Assembly: GCA_963817895.1 (NCBI GenBank)
Contig: CAWFQB010000003.1
Coordinates: 160,001-224,000, forward strand
Source: an uncultured Chthonomonadaceae bacterium
GTDB taxonomy: Bacteria; Armatimonadota; Chthonomonadetes; Chthonomonadales; Chthonomonadaceae
Length of the DNA: 64,000 bases
Direction: 5' to 3'
The position numbers were made by a program, and so were the translations under genes. Below the pieces are notes generated by a model, which had not been told where the DNA came from, made no database searches, and saw only the letters and a list, made by a program, of their open reading frames with translations. Of this stretch, positions 1-9,903 are shown one piece after another. The first letter of the stretch is position 1, and the number at the start of each line of letters is the position of its first letter.

Positions 1-30
1 CCGTTTCGGTTTATTCCTGCCGGCAGAATA

Positions 31-1170
31 TCACTGATCGAGAACCGTGTAAATCGCGCCGTCATAAACAAATAGCAGATTTTTACCGTCCGGCGTCCAT
101 TGCAAATTCTCCATGCGCTCTTTGGGGTCAAACCCGAGGTCATGTGTCATCGGATCGTTATTTTGCTCTACGCAACCCAGTTCGCGCATCTCACTGCCAT
201 CCAGACGGCTTGTATACATCCACAATTTGCTGTGCCGTTGTGGATTGAATACAGGATAGCGCAGCAATGCAGGCCATCGGTATCCAACGCGCCGAAGCAT
301 ACTGTTGTCTGATTGTTCCAGATTATCCGCTGTCACCCAGGCGACTCGTTTTCCGGTTGGGGAGAACGTTATTTCAGATGCGTAGTGATTGCGCGGCAAT
401 TTCACGTCCCACCTGCGCGCCGGTTTCGCCTGCCCGCTCGTATCTATCTCGTAAAAGCTTAGAGTTGTGGCGGCGGGCAAGGCATAGGAGAATATCAGCA
501 GGTGGTGCGCGTCTGTCCAGGCCAGCGGTTCAATATCGGGTGTTGCCATACCAAATCGCTTTTGATTCAACGGTTGTAAAAGCGGTGAACCTGCGGGAAT
601 GGGGGTTGTCGCGCAAACTGTTTTTGATGTGTCACATCGCTGCCATGTGATCTGAAACTGCTTACCATCACACTCGCTATGTATCAGCGCGTCGCTTTGT
701 GGCGTCCATATCCGGCGCGAGTACCCGGAGTGGAAAGAGTCATCCGGCCACTCCCAATATTGCGAACCGTCAAGCGCCATCACAATCTGAAAGCGGTCGT
801 GAGGAACCGTGTTGCGCGAACCCTCCCATTGCAGCCATCTCTTATCTGGCGAAAGATGTGCTACACAGGCCGGTACGCGGCGCATCGCCAGACTCAACGC
901 TGTCAGCCGAACAGAAGCGCCGGTTCGCATGTCTATGCGGAACGCTTCTTTATAAGGCGAAGGTAACACAAGAACTTCATGGTCGGACAGCAGAAATATG
1001 CTGTTATATCCGCGCGCATCGGCATAGCGCGTGGCGTGGCGCAGCAACGTATTTTGCGCCATTCGACGCGCCAACACAAATCCCGCGCACCCTGCAAGCA
1101 GCAGGCCGATCAAAACGTATGCGCTCCGGCTTCCAACTTTGTGTTTGTACTGTGGTCTGCGTCTCTTCAT
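31..1170 (-). CDS. Membrane-anchored hypothetical protein with TolB/WD40-like beta-propeller motifs
   Basis: Likely start MKRRRPQYKHK (ATG at 1170), then a hydrophobic segment. Contains LSPDKRWL, WTPQSD, FSPTGKRVAW and WTPDGKNLLF propeller-type motifs. Confidence 0.55.
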   Translation of the reverse strand: MKRRRPQYKHKVGSRSAYVLIGLLLAGCAGFVLARRMAQNTLLRHATRYADARGYNSIFLLSDHEVLVLPSPYKEAFRIDMRTGASVRLTALSLAMRRVPACVAHLSPDKRWLQWEGSRNTVPHDRFQIVMALDGSQYWEWPDDSFHSGYSRRIWTPQSDALIHSECDGKQFQITWQRCDTSKTVCATTPIPAGSPLLQPLNQKRFGMATPDIEPLAWTDAHHLLIFSYALPAATTLSFYEIDTSGQAKPARRWDVKLPRNHYASEITFSPTGKRVAWVTADNLEQSDNSMLRRVGYRWPALLRYPVFNPQRHSKLWMYTSRLDGSEMRELGCVEQNNDPMTHDLGFDPKERMENLQWTPDGKNLLFVYDGAIYTVLDQ

Positions 1171-1195
1171 TGCGTTGCCTCGTTGCTGTAAGCCG

Positions 1196-2296
1196 CTAAA
1201 ACACGGATACGGTCGGTATTGAGGAAGCGACAACGCGCCCGATAATGGCGTGGGCAAGCGTCTGCTGTTCGGCAAGGGCGTCGAGCAGGTCAGGCAACGC
1301 ATCTTCGCGGACGCAGATTGCCAGGCCGCCCGATGTTTGCGGGTCGAGCATCAGGCTGAGACGCCACGACAGTACCTCATTAGTAACGACGAGATGTTCG
1401 CCCAAATACGCGCGATTTTCCGTGTCGCCCCGCGTGACGTTTTTCGCCGCGATCAACGCCTCCACATCGGGCAGCATGGGCAGGGCGTTGCTGTCGAGTT
1501 CCAGTGCCACACCGCTGGCCTTCGCCAACTGGTATAAATGTCCGAGCAGACCGAAACCCGTAATGTCCGTTGCGGCGTGAACAGGCTGGTCTGGCCCGAT
1601 GCCGATTTGCCGCATGGCGTTTGCCGCCCCCGCGTTCAGGGTCGCCATGCTGCGAACGGCGGCGTTCAGGGTATCCGGGCTTGCCTCGTCGAATTTGGCG
1701 GCAGTGATGATAATGCCCGTGCCGAGCGGTTTGGTCAATACGATTACATCACCCGCCCGCGCCCCCGCGTTGGTAGTAATGTGGCGCGGGTCAATCAGGC
1801 CGGTCACGGACAGGCCGAACTTGGGTTCCGGGTCTTCCACACTATGCCCGCCCACAAGCGCGGCCTCCGACTCGGCTACCTTGTCCGCGCCGCCCTGCAA
1901 AATCAGCGCGAGTTCTGCCGGGTCGCGTTCCCGAATGGGAAAGCACACAATATTCATCACGGTGACGGGCTTGCCGCCCATCGCGTACACGTCCGAAAGC
2001 GAATTGGCGGCGGCAATCTGCCCGAACAGATACGGGTCGTCTACAATAGGCGTGAAAAAGTCCAGCGTCTGCACGAGGGCGAGTTCGTCCGTAAGACGGT
2101 ACACGCCCGCGTCGTCGCCGGTAATCAGGCCGACAAGGAGGTCGGGGTTTGTAGGAACTTTAAGTTCGCGCAGAACCTGCGCGAGTTGGGCCGGCCCAAT
2201 CTTGCCGGCTCAACCGGCGCCGCGCGCCAGATGCGTCAGGCGCGTGCGTTGATCTACAAGTTCCGTATTGGCGTTGTTCGTAGTCGCGTTCGTCAC
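1196..2296 (-). CDS. selD: Selenide, water dikinase (selenophosphate synthetase), selenocysteine-containing
   Basis: SelD motifs DDAGVY, TLDFFTPIVDDPY, ANSLSDVYAMGG, TDITGFGLLGH and DPQTSGGL. The frame continues upstream through an in-frame TGA (2212-2210) in RLTHLARGAG-U-AGKIGP to a GTG at 2296 preceded by the RBS AGGAGGT. Confidence 0.95.
2166..2184 (-). promoter_or_regulatory. Putative bacterial SECIS hairpin in selD
   Basis: mRNA-sense TCGCGCAG-GTT-CTGCGCGA is a perfect 8-bp stem whose G-starting loop lies about 33 nt 3' of the UGA. Confidence 0.75.
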
Positions 2297-2331
2297 GGGT
2301 TCTCACCTCCTTTCGACAATGATATTGGCGC

Positions 2332-4098
2332 TTACTCTTCGTTGTTACGGATGCCGGCGCGCAGCAGTTGCTCGGATTCGACGGGAGCGGTTTGGGCAGT
2401 AGCGGCGCGGAGGAGAATGTCCCCGGCTTCGGTCGGCACAGTGGAGGCGCGAAGCAGAGTTTGGGTTTGCCGCTGTTCGCCGACACGCGCTTCCAGATAC
2501 GGCAAACACTGCTCTGCGGCTTCCCGAACGCGCTTTTTCGCCGGGGATTTCGCCGTCATAGTCGCCAACTGCTGTACAAACGTTAAGGCGCGTTCATCCC
2601 CGACCTGTTCCCACGCTTTCAGAATGGCGATGTCAAAATTCGCCTGTCGTTCGGCGACCTGTTTCCCGGCCCAACCCTCCGACAGTTTGAAGGCGCTGCG
2701 CTGTAGTTCATGGTTAAGCCAGTTACGATGCGGTTCTGTAAGCAGATTCGCGTCACTGGCCCGCAGGCGGGGAAGCAGGTTTTGCAACGACGCGCGTAGC
2801 GTCCCGCGCATGGTTTCAACCATAATTGCCGTTGGCGGCGGTATATGATCCAGAATGGTTCCGATAAGCGCAACCTCTTCGAGGGCGGCAAGAACATCCA
2901 GCAGGCGTTTTTCGGGAAAGATACCGCCTGTACTGCCCAACAGTCGCGCCCGACGCCAATTACGACGCTTATAGTTTATGTTTAGCCCTTTGATATAAGC
3001 GACCCCTCCGCCAGCAAAAGCTCCGGCAAGGGCAACGGTACTCGCCATTTGCGCATCGAAGTAGGGCCAGCGTAGCGCCCAAAAATAGACAAGACTGCCG
3101 AGCAACGCGCCTCCTGTGCTGCACACAAGGACAATGGCGCGGCTGATAAACTTGTCCGCAGGCGGTTCCTGATCCAGCAACAGCAGGATTTGCTTCAAAT
3201 CTTCCGGCGGCATGGTTCGCAATGTCTTTTCGGCGGCTTGTCGTTCCCCCGTGTCACGGCTGCCCAGGCGCATCACGCAGGCGAGAATGGGCGCGATGTT
3301 AGCAGGCGCGGCATCGGCGTGTCGCGAAGGTTCCACCTCTATACGGTGGCGCGTGGTGACTTCATCGGGCGCGAATCGGCGTAAATAGTCGTTGGCGGTC
3401 TCTTGCAATTCCCAGTTGCGGGTTCGTTCTGCTATTTTGCGCACTCTGGGCAATATGGAAGCGTCTTCCAAAACCGTAAGAGCGTGAAGCGCCGCGCTTG
3501 CAACATCCGAGTTGCCAAAAGACACCATTCCGCGCAGGCGGCGCCGCTCTTTCGGCGTGAGAACAGGCATGTCCGTCGTGGATACCTGATTTAACGCCTT
3601 TACAAGAACCTTGTAGCGGGCGGCGACCAACTGCTGCGTATCATGCGAGGAGTTATTTTTGTAAGTGGAAGCGGGTGTGAGGCGCAGCAACAAACTGACC
3701 GATTGCGAGGGTGGATAGCAGGCAAGCGCATGAGACAGTCCGGCAGCAAGTTTCGTGGGGAGAAGTTTGCTTCCTGCCGCGAGGCCAGCAAAGAAGATTA
3801 TCATGCAGCCAAGCATGGCCCACGGAAACCAGGGAGGCATCGGAGGATTGGGTTGACGGGGCAGCGACAGCGCAAAACCGATCATGGCAGAATAAGACAC
3901 TGTCATTGTTCCCAGAATGACGCCATACCCTGTTCTATAACGCTGCTCTACGTATCGCGTGGCAGCAGCGAGTTCCGCCAGCGGGTGTGCGCAAAGCGAC
4001 TCCAGACGCGACAGGGAAACGGCGCGGGTTGCATCATCGGTGTCATCCCATTGCAGCAGGACTTGTTTGAGTTCATCGGAAATAGGGGTAGAGGTCAT
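2332..4098 (-). CDS. Membrane protein with two TM-pair + HEAT-like modules and a triple LLR tail (paralog 1)
   Basis: 588-aa ORF with two pairs of hydrophobic helices and motifs LLPRLRASDANLL, AILKAWEQVGDERAL and TLLRAS..ILLRAA..EQLLRAG. Confidence 0.75.
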   Translation of the reverse strand: MTSTPISDELKQVLLQWDDTDDATRAVSLSRLESLCAHPLAELAAATRYVEQRYRTGYGVILGTMTVSYSAMIGFALSLPRQPNPPMPPWFPWAMLGCMIIFFAGLAAGSKLLPTKLAAGLSHALACYPPSQSVSLLLRLTPASTYKNNSSHDTQQLVAARYKVLVKALNQVSTTDMPVLTPKERRRLRGMVSFGNSDVASAALHALTVLEDASILPRVRKIAERTRNWELQETANDYLRRFAPDEVTTRHRIEVEPSRHADAAPANIAPILACVMRLGSRDTGERQAAEKTLRTMPPEDLKQILLLLDQEPPADKFISRAIVLVCSTGGALLGSLVYFWALRWPYFDAQMASTVALAGAFAGGGVAYIKGLNINYKRRNWRRARLLGSTGGIFPEKRLLDVLAALEEVALIGTILDHIPPPTAIMVETMRGTLRASLQNLLPRLRASDANLLTEPHRNWLNHELQRSAFKLSEGWAGKQVAERQANFDIAILKAWEQVGDERALTFVQQLATMTAKSPAKKRVREAAEQCLPYLEARVGEQRQTQTLLRASTVPTEAGDILLRAATAQTAPVESEQLLRAGIRNNEE

Positions 4099-4156
4099 GG
4101 TGTTCGGTGTTCAGGTATTCGCTGTTCGGTTGTATCTCGTATCTCATACCTCGTAT

Positions 4157-5125
4157 CTATGTATCCCTTGCCGGGCGCAGCAGTTGCTCCGGGTGGGTAG
4201 CTTCAGAGGCTTGCGCGGGGCGGAGCAGGGTGTTCGGGGCGACAGCGTTTGCGCTTGCGCCGCGCAGCAGGGTCTGGCTGGCGCGCTGCTGCTCGACGCG
4301 AACGCGAAGGTAGGAGAGACAAGACTGCGCGGCTGCCGTGATATGCGCGGAAGGGGCCGCCTTTAGTTTTGCTCCTAACAACCCGGTGATAATTGACTCC
4401 GACATTCGGGAGTCCTGCGCAGAGGACAAAGTATCCGGTGTTTCGTTCGCCAGACTTTCTACACAGGGCAGCGCGGTTTCATCCCCGACCTGTTCATAAG
4501 CGCGAAGAATAGCGATAATCAAGTCCTCATTCCTGCCATTTAATGCCTTGTTCAGACAGACGCGCTGCTCACGGTTGAGCAAACCGGCGTCAGAGGCTTG
4601 CAGGCGGGGAAGCAGGCGAATCAAAGCCTCTTCCACCTGCGCGCGAACGGCTGTCGCCTCAATATCCAGCGACTCGGCAAGCGGCCCGACCGCGCGTAAA
4701 TCCTCAATCGCGGACAGTTCGCTTGCAGCGGTCTTGTAGGTACTGCTGGAACCCACTGCCGTACCGAGTACGCCCGTCAGACTCATCAGGCTCATCAGCA
4801 TGTCCCAATCCCATTTGCCGCGCAGGATTCCCTTTGCGATAAATATTCCAACGAACACCATCATGGAAGTAATCAGAGCAAGTGCGAGCCTGCGTATCAT
4901 CGTTCGACGCGCGCGAAACTTACGCGCTTCGGTTTGCACGGTCGCCATCAGGTTTTTGGCGTACCATTCCTGTTTATCAAAGCTTTGCCGCGCGGCTTCC
5001 TGCGCGTCGAGCGTTGCCATCAGGCGTTCGGTAGCCTCCGCCTGTGGCGTGGCTTTCGGGGCTAATGCGGTTGATTGATGTGGATATGGTTCTGTATGTT
5101 CTTCGGGTTGTTCGACTTTCAGCAT
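4157..5125 (-). CDS. Membrane HEAT-like protein with triple LLR tail (paralog 2)
   Basis: Two TM helices; LLPRLQASDAGLL, AILRAYEQVGDETAL and TLLRGA..TLLRPA..EQLLRPA; RBS GAGGA upstream. Confidence 0.8.
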   Translation of the reverse strand: MLKVEQPEEHTEPYPHQSTALAPKATPQAEATERLMATLDAQEAARQSFDKQEWYAKNLMATVQTEARKFRARRTMIRRLALALITSMMVFVGIFIAKGILRGKWDWDMLMSLMSLTGVLGTAVGSSSTYKTAASELSAIEDLRAVGPLAESLDIEATAVRAQVEEALIRLLPRLQASDAGLLNREQRVCLNKALNGRNEDLIIAILRAYEQVGDETALPCVESLANETPDTLSSAQDSRMSESIITGLLGAKLKAAPSAHITAAAQSCLSYLRVRVEQQRASQTLLRGASANAVAPNTLLRPAQASEATHPEQLLRPARDT

Positions 5126-5190
5126 GTCGCCTGTCCTCCTCTCCTGATAAGTGAACAGGACGCGGAAATGGCAGCGTGGCTACCATTAGA

Positions 5191-6183
5191 TCATGGTTCG
5201 GACAGATGTATGGTGATGCGGCGTTCGCTGGCGCGTAAGAGTTGTTCGGGCGTGGCGTCCGGGCGCTCGTCGGAGGGGCGCAGCAGAATGTCGGCGGGAA
5301 CCGCGTTGCCGCTGGAAGGGCGAAGCAGTTGCTCACTCGCGCGCTGTTCGCTGGTTCGCGCCTGTAAGGACGGCAAACATTCGTTCGCGGCCCGCTCTAT
5401 CTCCTCCGGCACTTTGGATGTGCTTTGCCAGTGTATTTGCCCTTTTGCCAGACGCTCCACCTGCTGTAGTTCTTTTGGCCCGCCGACCTGCTCATACGCT
5501 TTCAGTATCGCCACGCGCATATCTATCTCGCGCCGATAGGCCGAATGGGAAAACAGTTCCGTCAGATCGCGATAGCCTTTGTCGTTGGGCGAAATGGTCA
5601 GCAGGCTCAGGAGGCGGTCACGGTGCGCTTCCTTGAGCAAACTGGCATCGCTGGCTTTTAATTGCGGCAGTAACGTGGTCAGCGCGCGTTTGGACAGATT
5701 GCGCACCTGCGTATTTTCCACGCGCGTGGCTTCCACAAGATGACCGATGTTGTCCAGAGTAGGGGGTTTCGCCAGTTCGCGGGCAAGCGCGTTTTTGCGG
5801 CGATAGGCGCGGTAACACAATTGTCCCAACACGGCGAACAGCAACAGGCATATCAAAGCAAAGAACAGCAGCATACGGGACTCGACTTGCCCGCCGTCCC
5901 TCAGCGCGTAGTTGACAAGTCCGGCTATTCCCACCATGTATCCCGCAAGCATGAGACACATGTTACGTCCATCGCGCTTGCGTTGGCGACCCTCCGCTTG
6001 CAGGAGAGGCAGCAGGTACGAATCGGCCATGCTGATCTCCTGCGCCGTCCCTTCGGCTTCAAGCGGCGTGTCGGCTTCGAGCGTTTGCGCCGCGTTCTCC
6101 GTGTCCGGCAACAGCGGCGTAGAAAATGAAGACGCCTGAATTGTGGTGGAAGTCTCTTCGGCCTGAAATTGCTGCTGGTTCAT
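5191..6183 (-). CDS. Membrane HEAT-like protein with triple LLR tail (paralog 3)
   Basis: Likely start MNQQQFQ at 6183; two TM helices; LLPQLKASDASLL, AILKAYEQVGGPKEL and QLLRPS..ILLRPS..EQLLRAS. Confidence 0.8.
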   Translation of the reverse strand: MNQQQFQAEETSTTIQASSFSTPLLPDTENAAQTLEADTPLEAEGTAQEISMADSYLLPLLQAEGRQRKRDGRNMCLMLAGYMVGIAGLVNYALRDGGQVESRMLLFFALICLLLFAVLGQLCYRAYRRKNALARELAKPPTLDNIGHLVEATRVENTQVRNLSKRALTTLLPQLKASDASLLKEAHRDRLLSLLTISPNDKGYRDLTELFSHSAYRREIDMRVAILKAYEQVGGPKELQQVERLAKGQIHWQSTSKVPEEIERAANECLPSLQARTSEQRASEQLLRPSSGNAVPADILLRPSDERPDATPEQLLRASERRITIHLSEP

Positions 6184-6210
6184 CGCGCTATCGTTCCTAT
6201 CCTGAAAATA

Positions 6211-6259
6211 GCCCTCAACCCCCAACCCCTTCTCCCAAAAAAGCCTGGGAGAAGGGGAG
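6211..6259. repeat. Intergenic palindrome of the CCCTC..CCCCTTCTCCC-N-GGGAGAAGGGG family
   Basis: ccccttctccca-aaaaagcc-tgggagaagggg. Related copies at about 7963-8022, 18856-18896, 40317-40346, 45782-45826 and (reversed) 46866-46886. Confidence 0.7.
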
Positions 6260-6361
6260 TCGCTTATTTTAATGCTCGGCGGTGAACGGAGTTCACAGGA
6301 TTTGTACGGCAAGTGAATGTCTACCCTCAATCCATTCGCGTGTATTCGCGTTCATTCGCGG

Positions 6362-7837
6362 CTAACCCTGTATTATAGATCGGGCAGCTTCGGCGATAGT
6401 GACGAGTTCGACAGGGTCACAAGTGCGCGGGTCAAACAGAATGGCGTCGGATTTAATTCGCGCGAACACGGCGGGCGTGTGCAGGCGTAATCGGCGGGCC
6501 ATTTCATCCGCGTCGGGCAAACCGTCGAGGGCGCGTAACCGGACGCAGATTGTAGGCAGATTTTCACCCGGCAGCGAACCGCCGCCCACCTGCGATGACT
6601 CGGAAACCAGATCGAGCGCGAAACGTTCCGGGGGCAGAACCGCGCGCAGTTTGTGGCGTAATTGCTGCGCCATGCGCCGGAGTTCCGGCTCGGTTCGGGA
6701 CAGGTAGCGCAACGTGGGAATGGCCTGTACCGCCTTTGCCGGGTCGCGATACAGGCGCAGCGTGGCTTCAAGCGCGGTAAGGGTGAATTTGTCCACGCGC
6801 AGGGCGCGGGCGAGCGGATGAGCGGCAATGCGCTCGATATACTCTTTTTTGCCCAAAATCAAGCCCGCCTGTGGCCCGCCCATCAGTTTGTCGCCGCTCG
6901 CCATAACCACGTCACTGCCGGATGCAACGCTGTCGCGCAGGGTTCCCTTCAACCCGGGCAGAACCGGAAGCGCAAGGCCATCCCCATGCAGCATTGCCCC
7001 ACTGCCCTGATCGTCCAATACGGGAAACCCGCGCCTGCGTCCCAATGCGGCCAATTCCGCTGTGGGCGTTTCTTCCGTAAAGCCAACGAGCGCGAAGTTG
7101 GAAGGAGAACAGCGCAAAATCAGTCCGGTTCGTTCCGTAATGGCGTTTTCGTAATCGGATAGTCTGGTACGGTTGGTCGTTCCCACTTCCACAAGTGTTG
7201 CGCCACTGGCCCGTATAATGTCGGGCATCCGAAACGCGCCGCCGATTTCCACCAGTTCGCCGCGCGAAATAATCACCTCTTTGCCCATTGCCAGAGCGGT
7301 GACAGCCAGAAACACGGCCCCGGCGCAGTTGTTGACCACCGTAGCATCCTCCGCGCCGGTCAACTCGCAAAGCAGGCCGCGAACGTGATCTCGGCGCGAC
7401 CCGCGCTTACCGGTTTCGCGCTCAATTTCCACCATGCTGTGGTTGGCGGCGACTTCCATAATCGCCTGCCGCGCTTCCACTGCCAGCCGCGCCCGCCCCA
7501 GTCCTGTGTGCAGCACAATCCCGGTTGCATTTATGGCGGCTTGCAGAGTGGGCGCATGGCGGCGTATGGCTTCTTGCGCTACCCGATTTGCCAGAACATC
7601 CTCGGAAGGCAGTGACGGAGCATCCGCGCTTTTTACCGATTGCAGTTCGCGCCGCGTTTGTTCCAGCACCTGTCGCGCCGATTCTACAAGTAGCGCGGGA
7701 GGAACCGCGCCCTGCAAAGCGCGGACGGCTTCAGCGTCAAGCAGACGATTCACCGATGGCAGGCGGCGAAGCAGGCCGGAAAGGGAAACTTCGGCCTGAA
7801 TTGAATTCGTGTCGGACAAGGGAGATTTCTTTGTCAT
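6362..7837 (-). CDS. selA: L-seryl-tRNA(Sec) selenium transferase
   Basis: INATGIVLHTGLGRA, VVNNCAGAV, ISRGELVEIGGAFRMPDI, EVGTTNRT, SGDKLMGGPQAG and RALRVDK. Start placed at MTKKSP; the exact start is uncertain. Confidence 0.95.
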   Translation of the reverse strand: MTKKSPLSDTNSIQAEVSLSGLLRRLPSVNRLLDAEAVRALQGAVPPALLVESARQVLEQTRRELQSVKSADAPSLPSEDVLANRVAQEAIRRHAPTLQAAINATGIVLHTGLGRARLAVEARQAIMEVAANHSMVEIERETGKRGSRRDHVRGLLCELTGAEDATVVNNCAGAVFLAVTALAMGKEVIISRGELVEIGGAFRMPDIIRASGATLVEVGTTNRTRLSDYENAITERTGLILRCSPSNFALVGFTEETPTAELAALGRRRGFPVLDDQGSGAMLHGDGLALPVLPGLKGTLRDSVASGSDVVMASGDKLMGGPQAGLILGKKEYIERIAAHPLARALRVDKFTLTALEATLRLYRDPAKAVQAIPTLRYLSRTEPELRRMAQQLRHKLRAVLPPERFALDLVSESSQVGGGSLPGENLPTICVRLRALDGLPDADEMARRLRLHTPAVFARIKSDAILFDPRTCDPVELVTIAEAARSIIQG

Positions 7838-8038
7838 GTCACTGTTATTGTAGCGCATTGAGGAGGAATGGTTCAAATGCAGTTTCAATCGCGTATACAA
7901 ACGTAGACAACTGAGACAAAACCGTGTAGGGAAAACCGTGTGGATTGGCGAATAGGCAAGCGGCCCTCATCCCGGGCATCCACTCGTGGACATACCCTTT
8001 CCCAAGCTTGGGAGAAGGGGAGTTTATAAGGACAATCA

Positions 8039-8794
8039 ATGAAGATACTTGTGCCGATCAAGCGCGTCCCCGACCCGTATGGACGCGCGCGACTTACGCC
8101 CGACGGCCAGATGGATACCAGCAGTCTGTCGTGGGTTATCAACCCGTTTGATGAAATCGCTCTGGAAGAGGCCGTTCGCCTGCGCGAAGCGGGCAATCCG
8201 GTGGAAATCGTTGTCGTCAGCATTGGCGGTTCGGTGTGCGAGGAGCAGCTACGCGCCGCGCTTGCGGGGGGAGCGGATCGCGCCCTCATGGTTCTGGATG
8301 AGGCGCTGGAAACCGAGCCGTCCGATCCGAGCGTCATTAGTCATCTGCTTGCCGCCGTGTGCCGCCGCGAAAATCCCGATCTGGTGCTGATGGGCAAGCA
8401 GGCCATTGACGACGATTTCAGCCAGACGGGACAGCGGCTTGCTGCCCTGCTCAACTGGCCGCAAGCCACATTCGCTTCCGCCGTCGCGCTGTCCGGCAAG
8501 ACCGTTCGCGTCACCCGCGAAGTGGACGCCGGCCGCGAAATCCTCGAACTTACCCTGCCCGCCGTAATAACCACCGACCTGCGCCTGAATCAGCCGCGCT
8601 ACATCGCTCTGCCCGCCATCATCAAAGCGCGGAGCAAACCCTTGCAGCGTCTTGATGTTGGTGAACTCGGCCCCCGTCCCGCTTCCCGCCTGCGCATTGT
8701 CGCCCAAACCATGCCCCCGCCCCGCAAGGCCGGACGCAAAGTGGGCAGCGTAGACGAACTGATCGCCGCGCTCAAGCAGGAGGGGAAAGTATGA
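8039..8794 (+). CDS. etfB: Electron transfer flavoprotein beta subunit
   Basis: [32 protein letters not shown] and DLRLNQPRY. Confidence 0.93.
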   Translation: MKILVPIKRVPDPYGRARLTPDGQMDTSSLSWVINPFDEIALEEAVRLREAGNPVEIVVVSIGGSVCEEQLRAALAGGADRALMVLDEALETEPSDPSVISHLLAAVCRRENPDLVLMGKQAIDDDFSQTGQRLAALLNWPQATFASAVALSGKTVRVTREVDAGREILELTLPAVITTDLRLNQPRYIALPAIIKARSKPLQRLDVGELGPRPASRLRIVAQTMPPPRKAGRKVGSVDELIAALKQEGKV

Positions 8795-9774
8795 CACACT
8801 TATTGGTTTTGGCGGAAACGGATGGCGCGCGCATATTGCCGGGATCAGGGGCCGCGATTGCACTTGCGCAGCAGATAGCAACGACAACGGGCGGCGATTT
8901 TACTTTGCTGATTGCCAGCGGCGCAGAGATAAATACGCAAGCGGAAGATTGGCGCGGCTTTGGAGCCGTTCAGGTATTGGTGGCAGCCCTGCCGGAACTG
9001 GCGCATCCAACGGCGGATCGCGTGGCGGCAGTGTGCGTTCAAGCGATGCGGCAAATTCAGGCCGATGTTCTGGCAGGCGTATCCTCGTCTTTCGGGCGTG
9101 ACGTATTGCCCCGCGTCGCCGCCCTGCTCGATCTGCCCATGCTGTCAGATGTGATTGGAGTAGGGAAAAGTGAGGAAACAGTACCCTTCTACCAATTAAC
9201 CTTTGAGCGGCCTATGTACGCGGGGAACATTGTCGCGACCGTGCAGATTGACGGGGAGAAAGCCGTATTGTCCGCGCGGGGAACGGCGTTTGGACAGCCG
9301 AATAGAGCCGAAACCGTCAGCGAACTACAGAATTTGGACGTAGACGTGGCTGCGCTGCCGACGGGCGTAACGTGGATCGGGTTGGAGGGCGGGGAACAGA
9401 CGCGCCCGGAACTCACGTCTGCGCCCGTTGTGGTTTCGGGCGGGCTTCCCCTGCGCGACGCGGCTACATTCGAGCAGCTTGTTGGCGGGTTGGCTGACAA
9501 GTTGGGCGGCGCGGTTGGCGCGACACGGGCGGCGGTAGATGGCGGCCTTGCGCCCAACGAGTTGCAGGTGGGGCAGACCGGCAAGGTTGTCGCGCCCAAT
9601 CTGTATATCGCGGTGGGGATTTCCGGCAGCGTCCAGCATTTGGCGGGCATGAAGGATTCCAAAACTATCGTCGCTATCAACACCAACCCGGACGCGCCCA
9701 TTTTCGAGGTCGCGGACTACGGCCTTGTCGCCGATCTGCACACGGCTCTTCCCGAACTGATTGCGAAACTGTAA
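8791..9774 (+). CDS. etfB-adjacent etfA: Electron transfer flavoprotein alpha subunit
   Basis: [42 protein letters not shown] and [15 protein letters not shown] overlap with etfB. Confidence 0.93.
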   Translation: MTHLLVLAETDGARILPGSGAAIALAQQIATTTGGDFTLLIASGAEINTQAEDWRGFGAVQVLVAALPELAHPTADRVAAVCVQAMRQIQADVLAGVSSSFGRDVLPRVAALLDLPMLSDVIGVGKSEETVPFYQLTFERPMYAGNIVATVQIDGEKAVLSARGTAFGQPNRAETVSELQNLDVDVAALPTGVTWIGLEGGEQTRPELTSAPVVVSGGLPLRDAATFEQLVGGLADKLGGAVGATRAAVDGGLAPNELQVGQTGKVVAPNLYIAVGISGSVQHLAGMKDSKTIVAINTNPDAPIFEVADYGLVADLHTALPELIAKL

Positions 9775-9780
9775 ATGCAA

Positions 9781-9897
9781 GGTTTTAGGGTTTTAGGGTT
9801 CTATGGTTTTAGGAAATAGGTTCCAGTTTGCGCCTTTTTCCCTAAAACCCTAAAACCCTAAAACCCTAAAACCCTAAAACCCTAAAACCCTAAAACC
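9781..9897. repeat. Inverted tandem octamer pair (GGTTTTAG)x4 ... (CCTAAAAC)x7
   Basis: Directly visible between etfA and the Fe-S oxidoreductase gene. Confidence 0.9.
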
Positions 9898-9903
9898 TGA
9901 CCT

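Noticed and set aside
1538..2848. Long antisense ORFs (also 13456-14760, 16790-18055, 11077-11976 and 56540-57484)
   Set aside because: They are shadows of well-supported genes on the opposite strand in GC-rich DNA and have no recognisable motifs.
9781..9897. TTTTAGGG repeats as telomeric or eukaryotic contamination
   Set aside because: The tract is short, inverted and between co-oriented bacterial genes. It fits the general intergenic cassette pattern.
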